Assembly (NCBI GenBank): GCA_965198115.1
Contig: OZ240241.1
Location: forward strand, 7,008,001-7,072,000
Direction of reading: 5' to 3'
Source: Candidatus Latescibacterota bacterium
Lineage (GTDB): Bacteria; Latescibacterota; UBA2968
DNA length: 64,000 bases
The notes beneath the pieces were generated by a model, which saw only the letters and a program-made list of their open reading frames with translations, did no database searches and had not been told where the DNA came from. A program made the translations under genes and the position numbers. Within the stretch, counting starts at the first letter, position 1. Each line of letters opens with the position of its first letter. Shown in pieces: positions 39,320-49,022 of the stretch.

Positions 39320-40452
39320 TCGATGAGAAGTTGGCGGAGCGACGCGGCGGTTACTCGGCGCGGGTTGTTGGCTAGGCGATCGACGTTGACGCTCTCCGCG
39401 AGGACCGAGACGTCGTCCATTCTGACACCGACATCCGACAACCGGCTGGGGCAGTCGATCGAACGCAGCAATACATCGAAGCGGTCGGCGGCTTCGGCGC
39501 TCGAGTTCGCGCCGATAGCTTGAAAAATCTCGCCAAGGGTCGTCCGGACCCGATCCTGTCCACGAGGATCCTGACAGTCGGAGTCGGTCACCGAGTCATT
39601 ATACCGCAGCCAGGCACCGAGCGTCAAAGCGACCGCGAGGCCGTGAGGTACGCCAAAGTCGGACGTGAGTTTATATGAGACGGCGTGGGCGCCCGTCGTA
39701 AAGCTGATGTCGATCGCCTTTCCGGCCAGGTGCGCCGCTTCAGCCATGGCCGAACGCGCTTCCGGCGTCGGGTCGTTAACGGCGGTTTGGATGTTGGATG
39801 CCGCCAGCGAAAGCGCTTTGGAAGCCAACCGACGTGATTCGTCGGTCGACTGGATGCTCCAGAGTGACTCGATGGCCTGACAGAGGGCGTCGAGGCCGGT
39901 GTGTGCTGTGATGGATTGCGGGAGGGCGTGTGTGAGACTGGGGTCCACGATCGCCACGTCTGGCCTGACTGAAGGGTGGACGACCGAGTACTTGATGCCG
40001 TCAACATAGACGACCGCGAAGTGGGTGGCTTCGCTCCCCGTGCCGGCAGTCGTAGGGACGGCGACAAGTGAGGGTCGTTTTGGGCCAATGCGGTCGGTGT
40101 AGAGAACGATCTCGCGACAGGTCCGATCGGTCGAGGTTGTGACGGCGATGAGCTTGGCGATATCGATGGCAGTGCCGCCCCCGATGGCAACGATGACGTC
40201 ACACGCGTGTTCGCGATACAGAGCACAGCCACGCTCGGCGGCTTCGATCGACGGGTTGGGGTCGAATTCACTGAAGCGAACGACACGCCTCGACGAAAGC
40301 GCGGGGTCGACAAGTCCTGACGCACCCGACTCCCTGTAGGCTCTTTCATCGACGACGAGGAAGACGCTGCCGCAATCCGATAACACGTCGGATAGAGCGG
40401 CGAGCGAACCAGGTCCTATGATTTCCTTCTGTTGCGATCGTGTGAGAATCAC
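39310..40452 (-). CDS. Phosphonoacetaldehyde reductase-like iron-type alcohol dehydrogenase (PhpC-like)
   Basis: GGGTAID, PTTAGTGSEATHFAVVY, DALCQAIESLWS, TTGAHAVSY, PHGLAV, RLANNP. Confidence 0.82.
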   Translation of the reverse strand: MILTRSQQKEIIGPGSLAALSDVLSDCGSVFLVVDERAYRESGASGLVDPALSSRRVVRFSEFDPNPSIEAAERGCALYREHACDVIVAIGGGTAIDIAKLIAVTTSTDRTCREIVLYTDRIGPKRPSLVAVPTTAGTGSEATHFAVVYVDGIKYSVVHPSVRPDVAIVDPSLTHALPQSITAHTGLDALCQAIESLWSIQSTDESRRLASKALSLAASNIQTAVNDPTPEARSAMAEAAHLAGKAIDISFTTGAHAVSYKLTSDFGVPHGLAVALTLGAWLRYNDSVTDSDCQDPRGQDRVRTTLGEIFQAIGANSSAEAADRFDVLLRSIDCPSRLSDVGVRMDDVSVLAESVNVDRLANNPRRVTAASLRQLLIECL

Positions 40453-40517
40453 GGTGGGACTGGCCTCCCGGCCAGGAACTCCGTCAGAAAGGATTGTGCC
40501 CGTTTCGTAGCATACGG

Positions 40518-41381
40518 TCAGAACAGGTCAAGCTGCCTGGCTTGTTTCGTTTCGATCGGCCACGCGGGCAACTCGCCGACGTCGACGAGCGCAGACAGCC
40601 GATCGTGGAAGAACCGTGCGAGATGGGGCGCGTAGACGTCGGACGGTGGGTGGTGGGCGAAGAAGTAGGGCTCTCGACCTTCCCGTATCCAGCCCGCGAC
40701 AACCCGTGCCCACCGTTCGAGATGGATTTCGTTGTCCGTCGGATCCGGGGGCCCGACGAACCGGACGAACGGATGCCGGCCGAGCGCGTAGTCGCGGTAG
40801 GGCACGGGCGGTTTGTTTCGTTGCGACTCGATGATCTCGGGGTCGTTCGTCTGGAGTTGGAGGAGAGCCCGAGTGTGAAAATGAATGCGGTCGGCGCCAC
40901 AATCCGCGAGTAGTCGGTTGGCCGGTTCCTCGAGTTCACCGAAGAAGGCTGAATGCCTGAATTCGACCGCAAACCGGTAATGACCAGGCATCTGGCCGAG
41001 GAAGGTACCGAGGGCATCGAGGAGAGGCGGGCCGAACGAGGGCGGCAGGCCAATGAAAAAGGGCCCGAGCCGATCTGCAATCGGCCTCAGCAGTTCCACG
41101 AATGACAGCGCTTCGTCCTGAACGTCGACGAGTTTCCTTTCGTGTGTGACGGTTCTGGGAAACTTGAAGCAGAAACGAAAACCATCGGGCGTGTGTTCCG
41201 CCCATCGAGCGACGGTTTCGGGTTTGGGAGCCGCGTAGAACGTGGTGTTGCCTTCGACACTGTTAAATACGTGGGAATACTCAGAGAGGAAGTCACCGGC
41301 TGGAGTTCTATCCGCATAGAACTCGCCCAACCACGGTTTGTGCGTCCACATTGGGAGACCGAGGTAGTAGCCTTTGATCAT
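40518..41381 (-). CDS. DUF72 (YecE-like) protein
   Basis: GLPMW, FNSVEGNTTFYA, FKFPRTVTH, AVEFRH, FVRFVG, PYFFAH; alternative start 41396. Confidence 0.9.
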   Translation of the reverse strand: MIKGYYLGLPMWTHKPWLGEFYADRTPAGDFLSEYSHVFNSVEGNTTFYAAPKPETVARWAEHTPDGFRFCFKFPRTVTHERKLVDVQDEALSFVELLRPIADRLGPFFIGLPPSFGPPLLDALGTFLGQMPGHYRFAVEFRHSAFFGELEEPANRLLADCGADRIHFHTRALLQLQTNDPEIIESQRNKPPVPYRDYALGRHPFVRFVGPPDPTDNEIHLERWARVVAGWIREGREPYFFAHHPPSDVYAPHLARFFHDRLSALVDVGELPAWPIETKQARQLDLF

Positions 41382-41467
41382 TGGGACATTGAACATAGAA
41401 CATTGGACTATCGCTTTGCCGTGGGTATTCCGCTGCCCTATGTGTGTGTTCGATGTTCAATCTTCTA

Positions 41468-42841
41468 GAGCTATAATCAAAAGGTGTGGAAAAAGAGAAA
41501 GGGCGACCCTACCCTTCCCGTGAGATAGTTGATTCACACAAAACCGGGTGAGAGGCCCGGTTGGGAAGGAGGATCGCCGTGAAGGAACATACGCATAGAG
41601 TCCCATTGAAGTCCATGCCGACGTGGGAGACGGTTGACGATTGGATCCGTGAAGAGATCCAGGGCCGGTTCCAGTCCATTCTGGAGGAGGAGGCGACCGC
41701 GTTCTTGGGCCGGTCGTGGTATGAGCGCCGAGCCGAGGTCGATAGCTCCAGGGGCTACAGGAACGGCTACGGCAAGCCCCGGCGTCTCTCGACGAGCTGC
41801 GGAACGATCAAGGTCCGGCGTCCCCGGGTTCGTGGTCTGGAAGAGCGGTTTGAAAGCCGCATCCTCCCCCTGTTCGCCCGGAGAACCAGGGCCATTGGAG
41901 ATCTGCTTCCCGACCTTTATCTCCACGGTCTCTCCCAGGGCGACTTCGAGTTGTCTTTGCGTGCGCTGCTCGGTGATGGCGCGCCGCTTTCGCCGACCTC
42001 GATCGCTCGTCTTCGAGGGAAGTGGGAGGTCGACTTCCAGGACTGGAAAGAAAGGCGTCTGGATAATCGCGAACTGGTCTACGCCTGGGCTGATGGCATC
42101 TACGTCAAAGCCGGGCTCGAGCGCGAGAAGGCGTGTCTGCTGGTCGTGATCGGCGCGATGAGCGACGGCAGCAAGGAGATCCTGGCGATAGAACCCGGTT
42201 ATCGAGAGTCTACAGAATCCTGGCTCACGGTGCTACGGGATCTCCGGGATCGCGGGCTCGAACATCCTGTCCTGATCGCCGCGGACGGGAATATGGGCAT
42301 CTGGGCGGCCGTTGATCAGGTCTGGCCAGAGAGCCGGCAACAACGGTGCTGGAACCACAAGATCCTCAACGTGCTCGACAAGGTCGCCAAGCGTGCACAG
42401 GCTGAAGCCCGCGCACTGCTCGTCCAGATCCCCTATGCCGGCACGAAAAAGGAGGCCGAGAAGCTCCGGAAACGCTTTGCCGCACGGTATCGCTCACAGT
42501 TCCCTGCCGCCGTGGAGACGCTCGAAAGAGACTGGGATCGGATGGTCACGTTCTACGACTTCCCGAAGGAACACTGGAAACACCTGAGAACCACGAACGT
42601 CGTCGAGAGCCCCTTTGCTTCCGTTCGGCTTCGCACAAACGCCGCCAGGCGATTCAAGAAAGTCAGGAACGCCACGACTCTCATCTGGCGTACGCTCAAG
42701 GTCGCAGAGAGCCGATTCAGGAAACTCACCGCGCCACACTTGCTACAACAAGTCTACGATCAGAAACACTCAACCGGACCGCAGGTCGAAGCCGGGAAGA
42801 TGGCCGCCTGATTTCTTTTACACACCTATTGACCTGAGCTC
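41468..42841 (+). mobile_element. IS256 family insertion sequence, complete
   Basis: Imperfect terminal IRs GAGCTATAATCAAAAGGTGTGGAAAA / GAGCTCAGGTCAATAGGTGTGTAAAA; 8-bp target duplication ATCTTCTA (41460-41467, 42842-42849). Confidence 0.95.
41579..42811 (+). CDS. IS256 family transposase
   Basis: YRNGY, WADG, ESTESW, ADG, QRCWNHK, LRTTNVVES; SD GGAGG before GTG. Confidence 0.95.
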   Translation: MKEHTHRVPLKSMPTWETVDDWIREEIQGRFQSILEEEATAFLGRSWYERRAEVDSSRGYRNGYGKPRRLSTSCGTIKVRRPRVRGLEERFESRILPLFARRTRAIGDLLPDLYLHGLSQGDFELSLRALLGDGAPLSPTSIARLRGKWEVDFQDWKERRLDNRELVYAWADGIYVKAGLEREKACLLVVIGAMSDGSKEILAIEPGYRESTESWLTVLRDLRDRGLEHPVLIAADGNMGIWAAVDQVWPESRQQRCWNHKILNVLDKVAKRAQAEARALLVQIPYAGTKKEAEKLRKRFAARYRSQFPAAVETLERDWDRMVTFYDFPKEHWKHLRTTNVVESPFASVRLRTNAARRFKKVRNATTLIWRTLKVAESRFRKLTAPHLLQQVYDQKHSTGPQVEAGKMAA

Positions 42842-42862
42842 ATCTTCTATGTCCTCAATGTT

Positions 42863-43939
42863 CTATGGCGATAGGGTCACTTTGATTGATTCTGTGCCGG
42901 AGGCGACGAGGTCGATGCCCTTTTGGAATGCCGTGAGAGGGAGCTGGTGGGTGACGATACGATCCATCGGGAGCAGACCCTTTTCGAGCATTCGGATCGC
43001 GACAGGGTAGCAATTGGGACTGAGATGAGACCCGTGGACGTTCAACTCTTTGCTGTCGCCGATGATGGTCCAGTCGACCGTGACGGGTTCGCGCATCACG
43101 CTGAATTCGACGAACGTGCCGAGCTTTCGAATCATACGTAGACCCTGTTCGACGGCGGCAGGATGGCCGGTCGCTTCGATGTAGACGTCGCAACCGTAGC
43201 CTTCGGTCAGTGCGTGGACTTCGTCGATGACGTCGACCTTGGACGGGTTCAGTCCGATATCGGCACCGCAGGCTCTGGCCGTTCCGAGCCGATCGTCGTT
43301 GAGGTCGAGTGAGACAAGAAGGGACGGGCCCTTGAGGCGTGCGGCGGCCACCATTCCCAGTCCCAGAGGACCGGCACCGGCGATGACGACGACGTCTTGT
43401 AGCTCGATATCTCCCCGTTGCACGGCGTGGATGGCGCATCCGAGCGGCTCGATGTAAGCGGCGTGATGCGCGGGTAGGCTGTCGGGGACCCTGTAGTTCA
43501 GAGCTTTGGCTGGAAACTTCATATACTCGGCCATTGCGCCGAAGGTTGCTTGCCTGAATCCGTAAATGTCGTGAACGGAGCACATCCAGTAGTGTCCGTT
43601 CCGACAATAGCGACAGTCGCCGCAAGGTACAATCTGTTCGGAGACGGCCCGATCGCCGATGGAGAGACCGTATTTTTCGCCCGCTCCTTCGCCGAGATCG
43701 ACGACTTCCCCAACGAATTCGTGACCCGGAATGATGGGAGCTTGGCAGTAGCCGTCGCGATGTTCGTCCCCCCAGAAAAGCGGGGCGCCCAGGTAACACT
43801 TCAAATCGCTGGCGCAGATGCCCACAGACTCTACGCGAACGACAACCTCGCCCGGGTCTGCTGTGGGTACCGGATACTCTTCGAGGCGGTAGTCTTCGGG
43901 TGCGTGACAGATGACGGCAGGCATCGTTTTTGGCAGCAT
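42863..43939 (-). CDS. Zinc-dependent polyol dehydrogenase (erythritol/L-threitol dehydrogenase EltD-like)
   Basis: GICASDLKCY.GA..FWGD, PGHEFVG, SEQIVPC..C..C, GAGPLG, YGCDVYIEATG, VDWTIIGDSKEL. Confidence 0.85.
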   Translation of the reverse strand: MLPKTMPAVICHAPEDYRLEEYPVPTADPGEVVVRVESVGICASDLKCYLGAPLFWGDEHRDGYCQAPIIPGHEFVGEVVDLGEGAGEKYGLSIGDRAVSEQIVPCGDCRYCRNGHYWMCSVHDIYGFRQATFGAMAEYMKFPAKALNYRVPDSLPAHHAAYIEPLGCAIHAVQRGDIELQDVVVIAGAGPLGLGMVAAARLKGPSLLVSLDLNDDRLGTARACGADIGLNPSKVDVIDEVHALTEGYGCDVYIEATGHPAAVEQGLRMIRKLGTFVEFSVMREPVTVDWTIIGDSKELNVHGSHLSPNCYPVAIRMLEKGLLPMDRIVTHQLPLTAFQKGIDLVASGTESIKVTLSP

Positions 43940-44130
43940 CGCAGGACTCGGTGTTCGAGTGGACCCTCCTCGCTGGCGCCCTTCGGCGCGCAGGCGGTGG
44001 ACGGTGATGAGGTCGTACGGAATGATACACGGCGGTCTTGTCAGAGGCAACCTTCGGTGAAGCGTGAGGATGGTGGGATGCGCGAGCGGACCCTATCTTG
44101 GGAAACGGTACCTGAACCAAGCGAGGGAGT

Positions 44131-47100
44131 ATGAATCGTCGAGACAGGGTCTGGATCCTTGCGTTTCTCGTGGCTGGGGTGGCCGGTGTGCTGACGTTCC
44201 TGAACCTGCACGACCGGGCGTTTCCGATTGCGTCGATCGATTTCAAGCTGAGTCGAGGAGAAGTGTTCGATCGGGCACGTGCCTACGCGCAGGATCGGGG
44301 GCACGACCTGAGCGCGTTCGAGCACGCGCAGACGTTCAGCTACGACCAGGCCGTGCAGATCTTCCTACAGAAGACGGTGGGTCTTGAGACATCCAATGCG
44401 CTCGCCAGAGACTGGGTCTCGGTCTGGAGCTGGCAGATCCGATGGTTCAAGCCCCTGGAGAAGGAGGAAGTTCACGTCCACGTGGACCCCGGTGGGCGGG
44501 TCGTGCGCTACAGACATATGATCCTGGATACGGACGAGGGTGCAAACCTCTCGATCGAGGCGGCTCGCGAAATCGGGCACCCGTTCCTGACCGAACGGGT
44601 TGGTCTCGATCTGGACGCGTGGTATCCGATCGAATCGTCGAGCGAAGCGCGAAAAGCCCGGACGGACCACACGTTCACCCTGCGCAAGCGCGAGTGGTCG
44701 GTGGGGGATGATGGACACTACCGCATGGAGGTGATCGTTCAGGGTGACCGCATCGGATGGTACAGCGAATACCTCCAGGTTCCAGAGTCGTTCGAACGAG
44801 GGTATGCGGAAATTCGGTCGCGGGCGAATTTACTTGCGCGGGCCTTTGAAATCTTCTGGTTCGCGCTGGGAGCTGCCGTTCTGGTGATCGTCGCTCGACG
44901 TTATCGGACCGGGACGCTCCCGTGGCGAAACGGGGGAATCGTCGCCATCGCGGTGACGACGGCGATGGTGGTCACGGCAATCAACTCCTGGCCCCTCATT
45001 CGCTACGGCTACGAGACGACTCAGGCTTACGCGACGTTTATGGGCCTGACGATTTTGTCGGCGATCGTGGGCGCCGTGATTGTGGGTGGAATCGTCGGGC
45101 TCGCGGGGGCGGCCGGTCAGGCCATTGGCCGGGAGACTTTCGGGCTGGGCGTTATGTCGTCGTTGAGCCTTCGTGGCTTTCTTGCCGGTCGTTTCGCGAC
45201 ATCGACGCTGATCGGATACGGTCTGGCCGGGTTCAACCTGGGGTATGTCGTTCTCTTCTATATGGTCGGAAACCGGTTCGGTGTCTGGTCGCCCGCCCAG
45301 CTGATGGACTACAGCGAGACGTTCAGCACGATGTTTCCCTGGATCTATCCTCTCTTCATCGGACTGATCGCATCCACGAACGAGGAATTCTTTTTCCGTC
45401 TGGTCGCGATCTCGCTCCTGATGCGGTGGACGGGTCGCAGGTGGCTGTCGGTACTGATTCCCGCCATCGTATGGGCGTTCCTTCACGCGAACTACCCACA
45501 GGAGCCCATTTACATCCGCGGCATCGAACTGACGATCGGCGGGTGTATCGCAGGCATCGTCTTCCTGCGATGGGGGATCTGGACGGTGGTGACGTCGCAC
45601 TACGCGTTCAACGCGTTCGTGGGCGCCTATCCGATGATGAATTCTTCCAGTTCGTATTTCCAGATCTCAGGGATCGCGGTCGTGGGGCTTCTCGCGCTTC
45701 CCCTGATTGCCGCGATCTACGGTTGGGCGACGGGGCGAGTCGATACGAGCGAAGAGGAAGAGGCGATGGTCGATCGGCCACGCGCCGCCCCGCAGCCAAT
45801 CGCGTTCGAGGGTGACGGCGATGAAGGCCCTGCTGCAGCATCCTGGACGCTGACATCGAGGCAACGCAGAATCGCCGTGGGCGCACTGGTTGTGGGACTG
45901 GCGGCGATCATCGCATTGTCTCCGTCAAAATTTGGCAAGGATAGTTTTCAGATGACGGTGGATCGATCTGCCGCCTTCGGGATTGCGGATTCGGTTCGCA
46001 GCGTGCTGGGATGGCAATTGCCCGAACCCTCTACGGTCACCTCGTATGAGGACCTGTTAGGGCAGGACGACCACACGTATCTGCTACGCAAGCGGGGCGT
46101 TTCGAAGGCGGATTCGCTGATCCACGCCACGTCCCATCCTCGTCGGTGGGTGGTTCGGTGGTTCGCGCCTTTGGAAAAGACTGAATTCAGCGTTGGGATC
46201 TCGATGGATGGTCGGGTAGCCTTTGCTGAACGCCTTCTGCCAGAGAGTGATCCAGGAGCGACACTGTCGAAGGAGGATGCCCAGCTTCTGGCGAGTAGTT
46301 TTCTGCTGGAGAACGCCGGTGTCGACGTTTCGGACCGGTCGCGTTACAAACTCCTCGAGTCGCTCGAACAAAAGCACGAATCCAGGCTGGATCACGACAT
46401 TGTCTGGGAACGGACCGATTTGAAGGTCGAGGATGGAGAGTTCTGGGTCCGGGTTGGACTTCAAGGCGACGAGGTAGGATCCTACGACTTCGGTTTCACC
46501 GCACCCGAGCCCTTCCTCCGAGCGCTGCGCGAGCGCACGCTGGTGGACGGTGTCGTGACCGGACTGTCGATCGTGGTGTTCCTCGCAACAATCATTATTG
46601 GCGGTGTGCATTTCCTGCGTCTCTACCGCCAGGAGGCGATCGCGTGGCGAACGTGCTATGCCCTTGGGTTTGTGATTGCGGCAAGCCGCGCCCTGGATTA
46701 CCTGAACGGTGCGTCGGTTTTCTACATCGATTATGACACGGAAGAGGCCCTCGCGACTTTCATCGGCTCGGAGGCAGTGGGATTCCTGATCTCCACGGCG
46801 GCGCTCTCCCTTTTCGCTGTCCTCCTGCTGGGTCTGGCCAATGCGTTGACCCGGGATCAGCTTCCGGATGCCGCTCGGCCGGGTCGGTGGCTGGCCGGCC
46901 TACTGTCGGGGGACGTGCGTGGCGCGCGCTTACTGGACGGTGTTCTCGGAGGCGCGGGACTCCACATTCTCCTGCGGGGGCTCTCCTCGATCAGCGACTA
47001 TGTCGATCGGACCTGGTTTTCCGAGTATGCGAACGCTGCGGGTTTCTCACCGGACGGGGTCGATACGTATCTACCGTTCGTCGAGCTGATTTCGCGAGTG

Positions 47101-47523
47101 CCAGATTCGATTGTGGTGATTCTCGTGTTCGCGTGCTCGATCCTGGTCTGGAAAAGAGCACTGAAGCATTGGGTTCGAGTGGGCGCACTCGCACTCCTGG
47201 TCATCTGTCTGGTCGAGGTCGGGAATGCTGAAAACGTGACGCAAGCGATTTCTGCCGTTGCAATGGGGGTCGTCCAATTCCTCGTTCTGGTCCGCTTTTG
47301 CTGGGTTGTCTTGGGTTCGAACTTTTTGGCCTTCGCCTTTGCGTTCACCCTGGGGCCGCTGGTCGATGCGGGCCTTCATCTGATGCGAACAGACCTGGTC
47401 TTCTACGACGTCAACGGCGCCCTGGTGCTCATGCTGGCAGCGGTGCCTATTGCTGTCGGTCTGTGGCAACGAAACAGAGATGGGGAGACTGTAGAGCAGA
47501 GGACAGAAGTCAGAGGACAGTAG
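44131..47523 (+). CDS. Large CPBP (Abi/CAAX type II) intramembrane glutamic protease with internal duplication
   Basis: EEFFFR, WAFLH, HYAFN motifs; two similar extracytoplasmic domains (RWFKPLEKEE / RWFAPLEKTE). Confidence 0.82.
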   Translation: MNRRDRVWILAFLVAGVAGVLTFLNLHDRAFPIASIDFKLSRGEVFDRARAYAQDRGHDLSAFEHAQTFSYDQAVQIFLQKTVGLETSNALARDWVSVWSWQIRWFKPLEKEEVHVHVDPGGRVVRYRHMILDTDEGANLSIEAAREIGHPFLTERVGLDLDAWYPIESSSEARKARTDHTFTLRKREWSVGDDGHYRMEVIVQGDRIGWYSEYLQVPESFERGYAEIRSRANLLARAFEIFWFALGAAVLVIVARRYRTGTLPWRNGGIVAIAVTTAMVVTAINSWPLIRYGYETTQAYATFMGLTILSAIVGAVIVGGIVGLAGAAGQAIGRETFGLGVMSSLSLRGFLAGRFATSTLIGYGLAGFNLGYVVLFYMVGNRFGVWSPAQLMDYSETFSTMFPWIYPLFIGLIASTNEEFFFRLVAISLLMRWTGRRWLSVLIPAIVWAFLHANYPQEPIYIRGIELTIGGCIAGIVFLRWGIWTVVTSHYAFNAFVGAYPMMNSSSSYFQISGIAVVGLLALPLIAAIYGWATGRVDTSEEEEAMVDRPRAAPQPIAFEGDGDEGPAAASWTLTSRQRRIAVGALVVGLAAIIALSPSKFGKDSFQMTVDRSAAFGIADSVRSVLGWQLPEPSTVTSYEDLLGQDDHTYLLRKRGVSKADSLIHATSHPRRWVVRWFAPLEKTEFSVGISMDGRVAFAERLLPESDPGATLSKEDAQLLASSFLLENAGVDVSDRSRYKLLESLEQKHESRLDHDIVWERTDLKVEDGEFWVRVGLQGDEVGSYDFGFTAPEPFLRALRERTLVDGVVTGLSIVVFLATIIIGGVHFLRLYRQEAIAWRTCYALGFVIAASRALDYLNGASVFYIDYDTEEALATFIGSEAVGFLISTAALSLFAVLLLGLANALTRDQLPDAARPGRWLAGLLSGDVRGARLLDGVLGGAGLHILLRGLSSISDYVDRTWFSEYANAAGFSPDGVDTYLPFVELISRVPDSIVVILVFACSILVWKRALKHWVRVGALALLVICLVEVGNAENVTQAISAVAMGVVQFLVLVRFCWVVLGSNFLAFAFAFTLGPLVDAGLHLMRTDLVFYDVNGALVLMLAAVPIAVGLWQRNRDGETVEQRTEVRGQ

Positions 47524-47756
47524 AGATACGGCTTCGCCCCATTTGTCAAATGACGGTGGACAGAAACGGAAGGCAGAGTTAAACGCTGAAAGGCAACAGG
47601 GCCGCTCGATCGAAGGTGATCGGGCGGCCCTGTTTGTGCACGAGCGAATCCGAATTTCAGTTCCCCAAAGAGATGAGACATTGGGAACGATATCCGAGAG
47701 CCGAGTCGCGAAATCCGAGTTCCGAAAGGGCCAATCCAGCCAGTCTCGGCGATCCT

Positions 47757-49022
47757 TAGTGCATGGTTTCATAAATATTATTACGTATGTCCTGAACATT
47801 ATTTGTAGCTTATGTTCTCCTTCAAAAGGAGGAGAACAATGCCAAGACGTTCGCCTTATGTGGTGCTACTGTCTGAGAAGGAACGGGTCGACCTCGAGCG
47901 AATGGCTGGACAATATACGTTATCGTATTATCAAGTGATCCGATCGAAAATCGTGCTTCTCGCCGCCGAGGGATTATCCAACAAGATTATCGCCCAACGG
48001 TTGGATGTCCCGCGTCCGATCGTAAGCAAATGGCGTAAGCGCTTTTTCGAAGAGCGTCTTTCGGGACTCGAAGATAGATCTCGTCCCGGGCGCCCGCCCG
48101 GTTTTCCCCCCTCAGGTGGTCGTTCAGATCAAGGCGCTGGCGTGTGAACTACCGAGCGAGAGCGGGATACCGCTCTCGCGGTTCAGCTGTTCCGAGATTG
48201 CCGCCGAGGCAGTGCAAAGGGGCTTCGTTGCCAAGATCAGCGGCGCCACTGTCTGGCGCTGGTTGAACGAGGACGCGATTCGTCCTTGGTATCATCGCTC
48301 CTGGATTTTCCCACGGGACCCGGACTTCCAAACCAAAGCAGGTAGAGTCCTTGATCTGTATCACCGCCAATGGCAAGGAAAGCCTTTAGGGCCGAGGGAA
48401 TATGTACTTTCTGCCGACGAAAAGACCAGTATTCAAGCACGAGCTCGCAAGCACGTTACCCTACCGCCAGCCTCGAACAGAGCGGCACGCGTTGAAACAC
48501 GAATACGAGCGGAAAGGAGCCCTGGCCTATCTGGCTGCTCTCGACGTGCACAATGGTCGAATCTTCGGTCTCTGTGAGTCTTCTTCGGGTATCGAGCCCT
48601 TCAACCGGCTCCTGAGCCTGATCATGAGCCGGAAACCCTATTGCTCGGCAAAGAAAGTCTACCTCATCGTGGATAATGGCTCCTCGCACCGAGGGCAAAC
48701 ATGCATCGACCGTATCCAGGGGAAGTGGCCAAACATCCACCCCGTTCACCTTCCGATCCACGCAAGCTGGCTCAATCAGATCGAGATCTACTTCTCGATC
48801 CTCAAACGCAAGGCTCTGACACCTATCGAATTTGCATCGCTCGAAGAGCTTGAGGCAAGAATCCTCGGTTTTCAGGAACGCTACGGACGTATCGCCACAC
48901 CCTTCAAATGGAAGTTCACACGAACAGATCTCGCGGAGATGATCGACAAACTCAGGTTCTACGATACGCCCTTGGCAAAGTCTGCTTAGAATACGTCACC
49001 GTATTTGAGAACAGGAGTACTA
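47757..49022 (+). mobile_element. IS630 family insertion sequence
   Basis: TA at both ends (47757-47758, 49021-49022); imperfect IRs TAGTGCATGGTTTCATAAATA / TAGTACTCCTGTTCTCAAATA. Confidence 0.9.
47839..48989 (+). pseudogene. IS630 transposase in three frames (slippery TTTTCCCCCC at 48102-48111; extra A at 48495-48497)
   Basis: HTH KWRKRF..GLEDRSRPGRP; SADEKTSIQAR, HEYER.G, IVDNGSSH, HASWLNQIEIYFS, PFKWKFT. Confidence 0.88.

Noticed and set aside
41445-41480. Hybrid outward promoter from the IS256 left end (TTGATT) driving DUF72
   Set aside because: No TAnnnT -10 box at 16-18 bp spacing
48102-48111. TTTTCCCCCC frame change in the IS630 transposase as a novelty
   Set aside because: Frameshifting between the HTH and DDE reading frames is common in IS630 elements
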